From positions 1 through 64,000 of the forward strand of contig CBFGKH010000001.1 in the NCBI GenBank assembly GCA_965649295.1: a stretch of DNA of 64,000 nucleotides, written 5' to 3'. The notes beneath the pieces were generated by a model. The model was not told the DNA's origin and did not search any database. It saw only the letters and a list, made by a program, of their open reading frames with translations. A program made the position numbers and the translations under genes. Below, piece by piece: positions 19,607-30,300 of the stretch; the stretch's first letter is position 1, and every line of letters starts with the position of its first letter. The DNA comes from a candidate division WOR-3 bacterium. GTDB taxonomy: Bacteria; Hydrothermota; Tepidihabitantia; Tepidihabitantales; Tepidihabitantaceae.

Positions 19607-21466
19607 ATGAAGGTCGACCGCTTCGATGTAGTCGTTATTGGCGCAGGTCATGCTGGTTGCGAAGCAGCCCTAGCTGCTTCCCGCCTTGGTGTTCGAACAC
19701 TGCTACTAACCCAGAATCTCGAATCCATCGGCCAGCTCTCCTGCAATCCGGCAATAGGCGGCGTAGGCAAAGGGCAGCTCGTACGTGAACTCGATGCCCT
19801 AGGCGGTTTTATGGCCCGCATGGCGGATGCTGCGGGTATACACTTTCGCCAGCTCAATACCAGCAAAGGTCAAGCGGTTCGCTCATCACGCGTTCAGGTG
19901 GACCGACGACTCTATCGCCGGCTTGTGACCACTACTATCGAACAGACTCTCAATCTCAGCATTCGTCAAGGTATGGCGGCACGTGTCGTCACGCGGGGGC
20001 GCACGGTTCAAGCAGTCGAGACCGAGCTCGGTGAACGCATTCCCACCAAAGCGGTTATTGTGGCGCCCGGAACGTTTCTTGGTGGCCTCATTCACATTGG
20101 CCTTGACCATTTTCCGGCTGGTCGACTCGGCGAGTTGCCATCACAGCGCCTCTGCGACAACCTGAGCGAACTCGGATTTCGACTCAACCGTTTTAAGACC
20201 GGCACACCCCCACGAATTGATGCTCGCACCGTGGACTTCCGCCGTCTCCTGCGCCAGCCTGGTGACAACCCACCCCAACCGCTCTCGGCCTGGACCGAAC
20301 AACCAGTCGCAAATCGTGTTGATTGTTATGTTACCTTCACCAATCCAACAGTTCATCGCATCGTCCGATCTGGACTCAGCCGTTCGCCGCTCTATTCCGG
20401 CAAAATCAAAGGCAGAGGTGTGCGATACTGCCCATCAATTGAAGACAAGGTTGTTCGCTTCAGCGATCGCGACAAGCACCATGTTTTCATCGAACCAGAG
20501 GGATCGGACGGTATTGAATGTTATCCCAATGGTGTCTCCACAAGCCTTCCGGTTGACCTTCAGCTACGGATGCTTCACGCTATACCAGGGCTCGAACAAT
20601 GCCGCATCACCCGCCCCGGTTACGCTATCGAACACTACTATTCAGATCCCACCCAGCTGTTCCCAACGCTCGAAACAAAACTGATCCGAAACCTCTACTT
20701 CGCTGGCCAAATCAATGGCACGACCGGCTACGAGGAAGCCGCTTGTCAAGGTTTGATTGCAGGCGCCAATGCGGCTCTCCGAGTACTTGAACGTGACCCG
20801 CTGACGCTGAACCGTAGCGAATCCTACATCGGCGTGATGATTGACGACCTTGTCACCCGCGGCACCGATGAACCATACCGGATGCTCACCGCCCGGGTCG
20901 AGTACCGACTCATTCTCCGCGAGGACAACGCTCTGCTCCGACTGGGGCCCAAAGCTGCAGCTTTGGGCCTTCTGACACCTACGCAATGCCGTCACGTTAC
21001 CACTCAGCAGCGCCTACTCGCTGCCGCCAACCGCTGGCTTGTGCAAACCCGGATCCGTGCAACACCCACAACCAACCGCTATCTGCGTCAACTTGGTACG
21101 CGACCGATAACCGAATCAGTAACTCCGGTTGACCTCTTGCGTCGGCCAGAAGTCACCTGGCAGGACATTCAGAAGTTAGCGAAAGATGCCCCAACCCTCC
21201 CCAAAGCACTACAGCAGGTCATCGAAACCGACATAAAGTACGAAGGCTACATCTCCCGTACGAAACGCCAGCTCACCGATTTCGTTGAACTCGAATCATT
21301 ATCGATCCCTTCGGCCATCGACTATCGTGCCGTACCCGGGCTCTCCACAGAAGCCAGAGAAAGACTCGAACAAACGCGGCCGAACTCAATCGGTCAAGCT
21401 CAACGGATTCCTGGAGTAACCCCAGCTGCGGTTTTTGCTCTGCTTGTCCATCTCCGTGGACGCTAA
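19607..21466 (+). CDS. mnmG: tRNA uridine-5-carboxymethylaminomethyl(34) synthesis enzyme MnmG (GidA)
   Basis: VIGAGHAGCEAA, SCNPAIGG, FKTGTPPR, RYCPSIEDK, AGQINGTTGYEEAA. Confidence 0.97.
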   Translation: MKVDRFDVVVIGAGHAGCEAALAASRLGVRTLLLTQNLESIGQLSCNPAIGGVGKGQLVRELDALGGFMARMADAAGIHFRQLNTSKGQAVRSSRVQVDRRLYRRLVTTTIEQTLNLSIRQGMAARVVTRGRTVQAVETELGERIPTKAVIVAPGTFLGGLIHIGLDHFPAGRLGELPSQRLCDNLSELGFRLNRFKTGTPPRIDARTVDFRRLLRQPGDNPPQPLSAWTEQPVANRVDCYVTFTNPTVHRIVRSGLSRSPLYSGKIKGRGVRYCPSIEDKVVRFSDRDKHHVFIEPEGSDGIECYPNGVSTSLPVDLQLRMLHAIPGLEQCRITRPGYAIEHYYSDPTQLFPTLETKLIRNLYFAGQINGTTGYEEAACQGLIAGANAALRVLERDPLTLNRSESYIGVMIDDLVTRGTDEPYRMLTARVEYRLILREDNALLRLGPKAAALGLLTPTQCRHVTTQQRLLAAANRWLVQTRIRATPTTNRYLRQLGTRPITESVTPVDLLRRPEVTWQDIQKLAKDAPTLPKALQQVIETDIKYEGYISRTKRQLTDFVELESLSIPSAIDYRAVPGLSTEARERLEQTRPNSIGQAQRIPGVTPAAVFALLVHLRGR

Positions 21467-21467
21467 G

Positions 21468-22145
21468 ATGCCAACCTTACGCAATAAACTTGCTCAGTTT
21501 TGTAGCGAACGTGGCGCTGTCGCCTTTGGGATTACCCGGCTCACAGCGCTGCGAACCGACGACTTCCTACTGCCGGCTGCAACCATAGAGCGAATGCCAA
21601 CAGCCGTGAGCATTGCTCTCCCTCTGCTGCCAGCTGTACTCACAACTCTTGACCGAGCACCGAATGCACTCTATGAACATCACTACCGCCAAACCAATTT
21701 CGCTCTCGACCGTCTCGCACTCGACCTCTGTCGATGGCTTGACAGCCAAAACGCCCAGGCTCTGGCGATTCCGGCGTCCCAGATTGTTGATTGGGAGGGA
21801 CAACGTGGCCATCTCTCCCACAAGCGAGTTGCCATTGCTGCCGGTCTAGGCTGGCTTGGTCGCAACAACCTCGTTGTCACAACGCACCACGGGGCGCAGG
21901 TTCGCCTTGTTACTGTACTAACAGACCTCGAAATGGACACGGACCAACCACTTGACCAAGACTGCGGTAGCTGTCGCCAGTGCATATCTGCCTGTCCTTG
22001 CCGGGCAATCGGTGATACACCGGCCGAGTTTCGCCACCACGCCTGTTTCGCCCAGCTGCGCGAGTTTCAGCGTCGCCGGCTCACCAACCAGTACATCTGC
22101 GGTCTCTGCGTGGCAGTTTGCTCCGGCCGTGGCTACCGATTGTAG
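21468..22145 (+). CDS. Epoxyqueuosine reductase-like / reductive-dehalogenase-domain 4Fe-4S protein
   Basis: SHKRVAIAAGLGWLGRNNL, RLVTVLTD, CGSCRQCISACP, CGLCVAVC. Confidence 0.75.
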   Translation: MPTLRNKLAQFCSERGAVAFGITRLTALRTDDFLLPAATIERMPTAVSIALPLLPAVLTTLDRAPNALYEHHYRQTNFALDRLALDLCRWLDSQNAQALAIPASQIVDWEGQRGHLSHKRVAIAAGLGWLGRNNLVVTTHHGAQVRLVTVLTDLEMDTDQPLDQDCGSCRQCISACPCRAIGDTPAEFRHHACFAQLREFQRRRLTNQYICGLCVAVCSGRGYRL

Positions 22146-24322
22146 CGAAACTCACGGCCAACCGCAAAGTAGATGTTCAAACGAGTTCCCGAGTAAGGCG
22201 CTGGTTTACCGACATCACCAACACCCAGAATCAGCTGCAGGGGCCCGAGCGGCGTGTTGGTTCTGATGCCAAACCCTCCACCCCAGCGCAACATAGCAAA
22301 CACCTCCTGCGTTGTTAGTACTGCCGGCAACCGCCACTGCGGTTCAAAGGAACCAATATTGCCAATCAACTGGAGGTACAACGGATAGTCACTCTGGCCG
22401 AGAAGGTTTGCAAGTCGGAAGTCAACCCCAACTCGAGCGACCGTCAAATGAGTAGTTGTGAACTCATTCTTAACAAAGCCAATGAACTCATCCCCACCGG
22501 TACGAAACCTTTCCGCCCAAGGCAAGGTCCCGACAGAGTAGCCAATTTGGAGACCCGGCCGCAGCAACAATTGACCGCCGATTGGAATCGTTCGGTCCGC
22601 GCCAAACTGAAGCTTCAATGCGTGCTGCGTCGAACGAGCCAACGGTGTGATGTAGAACGCTTCAAACTGCCATGACGCACCCCGAGTTGGGAACTCAAGA
22701 TCATGATAGTTGTTCGCCTCCAGACGGAACCTCGGCCCGGCAATCCAATCGACACTACGTGGCATCGGCGATTGTCCGACGGGGAAACCATAGCCTGCTC
22801 GGTAACCGGTGACTCCGACATTGAAGTAGGCATCACGGCCCAGCACATAGCCTGCCTCAATAATGCTACCTAGGTAGTCGGTCGCGTAGTAGCTCCGCAA
22901 GGTATCGCGGTCATAATGGTAACGGCTAATCCTGCCCCCGAAAGCGTCAAGTCGATACCCAACAGGCAACCAGAAAAGCCTGGTTCCAGTCAGTCCGAGT
23001 CGGATTTCATCCGGATTACCAAGCTGAACTGCCGCCCTAACACCAGCACCCGTACCAAACAGATTCCCCTGCCCAAACTCCAAACCCAGATTGACATCAT
23101 CGCTATTATCGTAACGAACACCTAGTGAATAGAAACCGTAGGCTCGCTCCTCCAGTTCGAGGACCACATCCACTGAATCGTTGCTCTCATTCTCTAAACG
23201 GTAGTTGACAACATCGAATAGGTCAGTGCGAAACAACCGCTCCAAGTCTCCGATCAGCTGTTTGAATTGAAGTCGCGACCCGACTCTGGTCATCAACTCG
23301 CGTTCGACAAGCTGCCGCCGTGTGACCTGAAGTCCGTCGAATCGAATCAACCTAACCACTGGCCGTTTACGAACGACCAAGAAATGAAACTTGCCTTCTG
23401 GCCGACGGCCAGCCAGTGCTGCACGAATACGAGGCAGGGCCAATTCGGCCGCAGCTTCGCCTGCTGCGATCAACTCGGCTGCACGACGAAAGTCCGAATG
23501 CATGAACGGATCAACATTCGGCTCAATGATAACATCAGCTAGACTCTTCTGCCTTTCCAGATCTTCAGTGCCTATCACGTCTATCGTTCGAGAGGCTACG
23601 TCAATCAGAGATATCCCAGTCTCCGGGTTATGCTTCATCGTCAGAACGGCAATGATGACGTCTGGCGCGAAATCGAGTAACGGCTCGACTGGAAGGTACT
23701 GCTGCACTCCGCCGTCAACCAACTGCTGTTCGCCGATTCGCTCGGGTGCGAAAACGCCAGGTATGGCGATGCTGGCTCTGATAGCTTGAACAAGTCGTCC
23801 GTCCCGAAAAACTACCTTGCGCCCAGTTACCAGATCAACCGCCACTGCCCTGTAGGGTATGGGCAGTGAGTCAAAATTGAACCAGGAATCATACTCAACA
23901 TCCGCCAGCAGCCGCATCAGCAAAAGCTCAACATTCTGCAGCGGTACCAGCCCGCCGGCTAATGCTGGGACAAGATTCCGATGTCGAAGTTGCAGCACAT
24001 AGCGCTGCGCCTGTCGTCGCTCCGGTAGGTATCGAGCACCGAATGACACACTCGAACTGAACAACGTGTTCCAGTCGGCGCTAACTGCCATACTCTCAAG
24101 TGTCGCCGCTTTATACCCAGCAGCATAGACACCACCGACAAGCGAACCCATGCTATTACCCGAGATTGCACTAACGGCAATACCCTCACGCTCGAGCACC
24201 TTTAGCACGCCGATATGCGCAAGCCCTAGTGCCGCTCCGCCGGACAAAGCCAGGCCGATTCGCGCAGTTTCAGCCCTACCCGCGACAACGAGCAGCATTG
24301 TAACCAACGCCAATCGTCTCAT
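22133..24322 (-). CDS. Patatin-like phospholipase fused to POTRA and an Omp85 barrel (PlpD-type)
   Basis: LSGGAALGLAHIG, GNSMG nucleophile, DGG; POTRA FDGLQVTR; C-terminal barrel; ATG overlaps the upstream TGA. Confidence 0.85.
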   Translation of the reverse strand: MRRLALVTMLLVVAGRAETARIGLALSGGAALGLAHIGVLKVLEREGIAVSAISGNSMGSLVGGVYAAGYKAATLESMAVSADWNTLFSSSVSFGARYLPERRQAQRYVLQLRHRNLVPALAGGLVPLQNVELLLMRLLADVEYDSWFNFDSLPIPYRAVAVDLVTGRKVVFRDGRLVQAIRASIAIPGVFAPERIGEQQLVDGGVQQYLPVEPLLDFAPDVIIAVLTMKHNPETGISLIDVASRTIDVIGTEDLERQKSLADVIIEPNVDPFMHSDFRRAAELIAAGEAAAELALPRIRAALAGRRPEGKFHFLVVRKRPVVRLIRFDGLQVTRRQLVERELMTRVGSRLQFKQLIGDLERLFRTDLFDVVNYRLENESNDSVDVVLELEERAYGFYSLGVRYDNSDDVNLGLEFGQGNLFGTGAGVRAAVQLGNPDEIRLGLTGTRLFWLPVGYRLDAFGGRISRYHYDRDTLRSYYATDYLGSIIEAGYVLGRDAYFNVGVTGYRAGYGFPVGQSPMPRSVDWIAGPRFRLEANNYHDLEFPTRGASWQFEAFYITPLARSTQHALKLQFGADRTIPIGGQLLLRPGLQIGYSVGTLPWAERFRTGGDEFIGFVKNEFTTTHLTVARVGVDFRLANLLGQSDYPLYLQLIGNIGSFEPQWRLPAVLTTQEVFAMLRWGGGFGIRTNTPLGPLQLILGVGDVGKPAPYSGTRLNIYFAVGREFRYNR

Positions 24323-25029
24323 CACGTCTCTTTCAGGAGCTTTGTCATAACCTCGGCGGAGTTCAGCTGACGCCATTCGCCTGACCGCAGATTACCCAGC
24401 TCCAAATCGGCAATGCGAACCCGCCGCAACCGAATAACACCCCACCCCAGTCGATCGAGCATACGCCGGACCTGCCGCTTCCTGCCTTCAGTCAGCACAA
24501 TGGCGATGCGACGCTTAGACAATTGCCGGGCCAATACTGCCCTAGCTAAACCGTCTGTAAGTTCTACTCCTGCTTCCAGTCTGCGGCACAAGTCAGGCCC
24601 AAACGGTCGATCAAGCTCTACCTCATACTCCTTCTCTTTTGCAAAACTTGGATGCGTTAGCCGCATGGCCAGTTCGCCGTCATTAGTCAAAATCACCAGA
24701 CCCTCTGAGTCTCGGTCCAATCGACCGGCCGGAAACAATCGAAACCCGGCATTTACAATCTCGGTAATCAGTAATCCCTCCTCTCGGTCTCGGCGGCATG
24801 CACAGAGTACGCCTGCTGGTTTGTTGACCGCAATTACAACTCTCTTCGATACCGACCGAATTTCGCGGCCGCGTATCGACACCCGATCTAAACCCGGTCT
24901 CACTGACATGCCGAGGCGAGCCCGTTCATTGTTTACACTCACATGGCCAGCCGCAATCAGTCCCTCGCAGTAGCGACGCGAACCGACACCGGCCGAAGCC
25001 AAGTACTTCTGCAAACGCATCATAGTCAT
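24322..25029 (-). CDS. RsuA/RluB-family rRNA pseudouridine synthase with S4 domain
   Basis: MRLQKYLASAGVGSRR, GRLDRDSEGL, EGRKRQVRRM; start moved to ATG 25029. Confidence 0.9.
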   Translation of the reverse strand: MTMMRLQKYLASAGVGSRRYCEGLIAAGHVSVNNERARLGMSVRPGLDRVSIRGREIRSVSKRVVIAVNKPAGVLCACRRDREEGLLITEIVNAGFRLFPAGRLDRDSEGLVILTNDGELAMRLTHPSFAKEKEYEVELDRPFGPDLCRRLEAGVELTDGLARAVLARQLSKRRIAIVLTEGRKRQVRRMLDRLGWGVIRLRRVRIADLELGNLRSGEWRQLNSAEVMTKLLKET

Positions 25030-25120
25030 TATTTCCAACTTAGCCAATACCTCACCACTGTCAATGACTCCTGGGCCGCTGGACTTCCGTTTCTGATTTA
25101 TCTCGCTTATAATCATCTTT

Positions 25121-25999
25121 GTGAACTGCCTTGCCTGCCCAATCCGTTGCGGCGCCGACCGCGCTACTCGGCGTGGCGCCTGCGGAGCAACCGAAACCAT
25201 CGAAGTTGCTCTGGCACAGCTTCACCATTGGGAAGAACCACCCATCAGCGGCACACGCGGTTCCGGCACTGTCTTCTTCAGTCACTGTAACCTCCACTGT
25301 CGTTACTGCCAGAACTACGACATCTCCCAACTAGGCTGGGGTCACCAGACAACACCCGAACGTCTAACCATGATAATGCTTGAACTCCAAGCTGCCGGAG
25401 CACACAACATCAATCTGGTGTCACCAACCCACTACTCCCTACAACTGCTCCCTGTGTTGCGCACTGTCCTGCCCAAGCTCAGGATTCCGCTTGTTTGGAA
25501 CTCAAGTGGATATGAGCTGGTCGATACGTTACGTCAGTTCGAGGGTATTGTTAGTATCTACCTCCCTGATCTCAAGTACGCGGACGACACTATCAGCCGA
25601 ACCTTTTCGGCTGCCCCTGAGTACTTCCGCATTGCTCAATTGGCCCTGCGGGAGATGAAACGCCAAGTCGGTACCAATCAGTACGACGAAAATGGCATTC
25701 TGTTGCGAGGAATGATTGTCCGCCATCTAGTATTACCTGGCCACATTGAGAATTCAAAGTCCGTTCTGAACTGGCTGTATGAGAACCTTGGCCCAGACAC
25801 TGTTGTATCGCTAATGGCGCAGTACTATCCTGCCTATCGGGCTGCCGAGCTGCCCGGCCTCAACCGCCGGCTGCTGCCAGCCGAATATGAGGCTGTGCGC
25901 GATCATTTTGAGACGCTTGGTTTCGAGCATGGATTTGTCCAGGAACTTGAATCAGCTTCCAGAGACTACACGCCATCATTCGACGGCCGTGGCGTCTAG
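25121..25999 (+). CDS. PflX-like radical SAM protein
   Basis: HHWEEPPISGTRGSGTVFF, CNLHCRYCQN, IYLPDLKY, RHLVLPG. Confidence 0.88.
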   Translation: MNCLACPIRCGADRATRRGACGATETIEVALAQLHHWEEPPISGTRGSGTVFFSHCNLHCRYCQNYDISQLGWGHQTTPERLTMIMLELQAAGAHNINLVSPTHYSLQLLPVLRTVLPKLRIPLVWNSSGYELVDTLRQFEGIVSIYLPDLKYADDTISRTFSAAPEYFRIAQLALREMKRQVGTNQYDENGILLRGMIVRHLVLPGHIENSKSVLNWLYENLGPDTVVSLMAQYYPAYRAAELPGLNRRLLPAEYEAVRDHFETLGFEHGFVQELESASRDYTPSFDGRGV

Positions 26000-26255
26000 T
26001 CTAATGCCAGCCGATTGATCTTCGGCGAACCGAAAAGACTCTCACCAAGGTAGTCCCCAAAATCACCACTGACTTCACAACTGGCTGTCGCTTCCATTTT
26101 GAAGAATGACTGCTTGCCCGCAAGTAGCTCCGACTAGTTCATCACCTGGTCGTCAGAATACGACTTCTCAATATCTACAATCATGGAGAACTAAGGCCAC
26201 GCATTAGTTTGACTTCCAGTTTTGTGCCACCGAGAATCAATATATACTGCGCAAA

Positions 26256-26840
26256 ATGCGATTGAGATTACTAACAACAGCATTCGCCCTTATTCTTATG
26301 GTTTGTCGCGAAACCGGCAATGACATGCCCAGCCCAACCGCGGCAAGGCCGTCGGAAACAGTTTCCCAGAGTGCTTTCAAAGAGACTGCCCCAACCGATT
26401 CAGAGAACGGGAAACCACTACCCCGGCCCTTGCCAGCCGAGGCTGTTCTGTTCTACCGGAATACCGAAACCTTGACCCTTCGTCAGCCATTTCCCCACCA
26501 GATACTGAAGGACCAGAGTCAACAGCTAGTTGGTTACGTCATTGAAACGGACGAAGCCAGCACAACTGCCCAGGGATTTGGTGGCCCAGTGCCACTCCGG
26601 CTTTACCTCGACAGCTGTTTTCGGCTACGCCACATCGAGATCCTCAAGAATCACGAAACTCCCGCCTACCTGGAGCTTATCATCAAGTCTGGATTGCTCG
26701 ACAGACTCGTTGCTTTCGACCACATTAGACCCGACAGCGTTGATGCTGTCAGCCTGGCCACGCTCACATCTCAAGCTATCATTCAGGGCGTGACAGCAAC
26801 TCTCCTGCGGGCACGAAGTGAACTGCACAGTATTAAGTAG
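26256..26840 (+). CDS. Exported FMN-binding domain protein (RnfG/NqrC-like)
   Basis: GFGGPV, HETP, VDAVSLATLTS; N-terminal signal/lipoprotein-like segment. Confidence 0.7.
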   Translation: MRLRLLTTAFALILMVCRETGNDMPSPTAARPSETVSQSAFKETAPTDSENGKPLPRPLPAEAVLFYRNTETLTLRQPFPHQILKDQSQQLVGYVIETDEASTTAQGFGGPVPLRLYLDSCFRLRHIEILKNHETPAYLELIIKSGLLDRLVAFDHIRPDSVDAVSLATLTSQAIIQGVTATLLRARSELHSIK

Positions 26841-26852
26841 CGTGGAAATAGT

Positions 26853-26881
26853 TTGACAGCAGTTCACACAGGTTCTAGACT
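26853..26881 (+). promoter_or_regulatory. sigma70 promoter ~445 nt upstream of the C25 gene
   Basis: TTGACA-17 bp-TAGACT. Confidence 0.6.
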
Positions 26882-26887
26882 GGTTCG

Positions 26888-27324
26888 TTGTCAACATTCT
26901 CCATACGAGTAACGACTCTACTCGTCATCAAATCTAACGTCGTCCGCGCCTGCAAGGTAGGCCAGATCGTGGCCAGAATCGAAGTCGCTGAACTTACTAG
27001 CACCGGACTGGCGCTGCGACAGATGTGCCGGAACAAAGTTGATGATTTCCACACAATCCATCGCAGCAAGACCTTCCTCTCATCGGCCTTGCCTAGTTCA
27101 TCACATCCGGTCCGGGCGTCGCGGTCGGACTGACTGGCCCTGATGCCCGATGCCGTCTGCGCGAACTGGTCGGTGCCAACGCCCCAGACTAAGTACCATC
27201 CGGGCCCCGATTTCGGCTCGACAGCTCGAAAAACAACGCTGTTCATGCTTCGAATCCGGAAGAGAATCCTGCCCGCAAGCTTCCGTTTCTTTTGCCAAAC
27301 CCGGACATTTCCTAAGGAGGAATA
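26888..27324 (+). ncRNA. Putative structured long leader or sRNA
   Basis: Hairpins ACGAGTA/TACTCGT and GCCTGC/GTAGGC, then a ~180-nt nested rod at 26966-27144. Confidence 0.4.
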
Positions 27325-30300
27325 GTGAAGAAGACCGCCATCCTGTCTCTCCTGCCGTGGCTTGCTCTAGCTGGCCAGATTGTCATCGATGCGACATTTA
27401 GTCCAAATCAGCTAGCTTTTGCAAGAGTCAACGGCTTCGATGTCGTCACACTTGACGGCCACGGTACGATAATTACTCCGGGCCAGCCGATGCTGCCTGA
27501 AGCAACGATGAACATCGTTGTGCCGCCCAGTGCTACTGTCACCAATATTCACGTTGAGCCAATCGACCAGGTTGAGCTGGACGGCCGGTACCTGATTCAT
27601 CCCGGCCAGCAGCCCGTGACAATCTCCAGCCGCAGTTTGCCAGTCTTTGTACCACCTGACCCAACAACTTACAGCAGCACTAGTTCCTGGCCCAATGACC
27701 TACTTGCCTGGGACGGCTACACTGGCCAGAAATCTGGGTACCGTCTCGTGGGCTTTGCAGTCCGGCCATTAACCTACCTACCAGCCAGTGGCAAGTTGAT
27801 TCTCAATCAACGCATGCGGGTCGTCGTCACATACACCGAAAACACTTTCACTCCTCACGCCTTCACCCGCAGCCAGAACGAAGTCAGTGGGCATGACGTC
27901 CGCCGTATCGTTGCAAATCCTGCTGATGTGGCCCGGTTCGCGCCACCAACCCGTCAGACCGACAATCTAGATTGTGACTACGCAATAATCACCTCAACCG
28001 CCTTGATGAGTAACTGGACAACTCTCGCTGACTGGCGCACGAAGAAAGGCTGGTACACGCGTGTCTTTTCTGTCGACACAATCGCTGCCACCTACCCTGG
28101 CCGTGACCGTCAGGAGAAGATTCGCAACTTCATTATTGACTACTGGCTCAACCACGGCCTGAAGTATGTGTTGCTTGCTGGTGACCATTCAGTCATCCCA
28201 AGTCGCCGCGGCCGTGTCACAGTCTCTGGCTCAACCGGCAACATACCGGCTGATGCGTACTACGGCGACCTGCAGTGGTCCTGGGATGGCAACAACAACA
28301 ATATCTTCGGTGAAATGACCGATACGGTTGACCTCTACTACGACGTGCTTGTTGGCCGCGCCTCAGTAGACAATAGCACTCAGGTAGCCACGTTCATCAA
28401 CAAAACCCTGCTCTACGAAAAGAATCCAACGACCGATTACCTGCAAAAAATGCTGCTGCCCTACGTCAATCTCTTCCCCGACAACAACTACTCAGGTCGC
28501 GTCGTTTCCGAATCAATTGCCAACCACACGCCGGCCGGCTGGATTGATACCTACATCGCTGACCCGACCACCACAGCCCCCATTCGCGACGCCATTAATC
28601 AAGGCTACAATTTTGTCCACGGCGCTGCCCACGGTGATGACTATGGCTGGTACACCTACTACGGCCAGACCATCTACAGCACAAATGTCGCCAATAGTCA
28701 GACCAACGCGACTCGGCCTAGCATTATCAACTCAATCGCCTGTATTGCTGGCAACTTCGAGGCCGAGGACTGCCTGGCCGAAGCCCTTATGAACAACCCC
28801 AACGGTGGTGCGGTCGCTGTCATGATGAACTCGCGAGAAGGCTGGGGCACACCGCCGGCAATGGGCCCGTCCGAACTGATGGACTTCAAGTTCTACAAAT
28901 ATCTCTTGGACGAAGACTCCTCAGTGATCGGCTCAACCCACGCGCACTCGAAAGACTACTACGCCTACTCGGCCCGCAGTCAAGATGTCTGGCGATGGTG
29001 CTACTATGATCTCAACCTCTTTGGTGACCCAGATATGCAACTCTGGGACAGCACTCCGACTCAACTAACGGTCGCCAGCGCCGATACGATTCCAACCGGC
29101 ACTCAAAATTTTCAGGTAACAGTCACCCGCGGCGGAAGTCCGGTCTACAATGCGCTTGTCTGCTGCTATAAGCCGGGCGAATTGCACGAGATTGCCCGCA
29201 CGGGGTGGAACGGCGTCGCCTCTCTCACCATCAACCCAGCCACAACCGGCACAATGTATCTAACTACCAGTGTTCAAGGCAGCCTGGCTCACGAGAAGAC
29301 AGTCACAATCCGTACCGGCACTGCCCAGCCGTTCATTACTGTTCAGAGTTACACCATTGATGACGGCGGCAATGGCCAGCTCGACCCTGGTGAGACAGCC
29401 GATATTCTCGTCACCCTCCGCAACCTTGGAAATCTAGCTGCCACCAATGTTCAGGCATTGCTTCGCACTGCTTCGAGCTTCATCACACTCGTTGACTCGA
29501 CTGCTACCTATGGTAACATCAGCGCTGGCGACTCCCTGCGCGCTGACCGTTTCCGGGTTACCGCTGCTGCTGGTACACCACCCGGCACAAGCATCCTGTT
29601 CACGGTTCACGTCACCGCCACCGAAGGTAACTGGGATCCGACATTCACCACGACCGTCGGAGTACCGCCGGTGCCCGGTCGGGTAACGATGGATCACGAT
29701 ACAGGCTACTGCAAGCTAACCGTCACCGCCATCGGCTCAATCGGCTTCACCGAACCGCCGGCTCATGACCCGGGAAGCGGATTCTGCTACCCCAAGACAG
29801 GACCGAGTTCACTCTACTTTGGCAGTTTCATGTTCGGCAACAGTCCGACCTACCTCGTCGACCGCTTTTATGGTCAACCTGCCAGCTCTGCTCCGCCCAA
29901 CAATGACTTTCGCATCATCGACTCTCTCCGACCCTACTACCCAGCAGCCAGCGACCAGCACTACCGTTGCATAATGAGCGACGCCGGCCACTCAACACCA
30001 CAAGGCATTCGTGTCACGATCAACTCGCACCAACTTGCGGCCAGTGGCTATGATGACTTTGTCGTTCTACGCTACGACCTCACCAACACCGGCACCAACA
30101 GTCTCAGTGGCATCTATGCCGGAATCATCGCCGATTTTGATGTCGGCACTGCCAGTGACACTAACACTGTCACTTCCAATGAGACAAAACGTTACATCTA
30201 CATGCGTCATGCCAATGTCGTCAATCCCTGCGTTGGGCTCAAAATCCTCGCCCCTGCCTCGTTCGCCAACCTTTGTGCAGTGGACCACGCCCGCTACGTC

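Noticed and set aside
26000..26255. AT-richer 255-bp intergenic gap
   Set aside because: Only a weak promoter-like TTGACT..GAGAAT; no repeat, structure or ORF that I can support.
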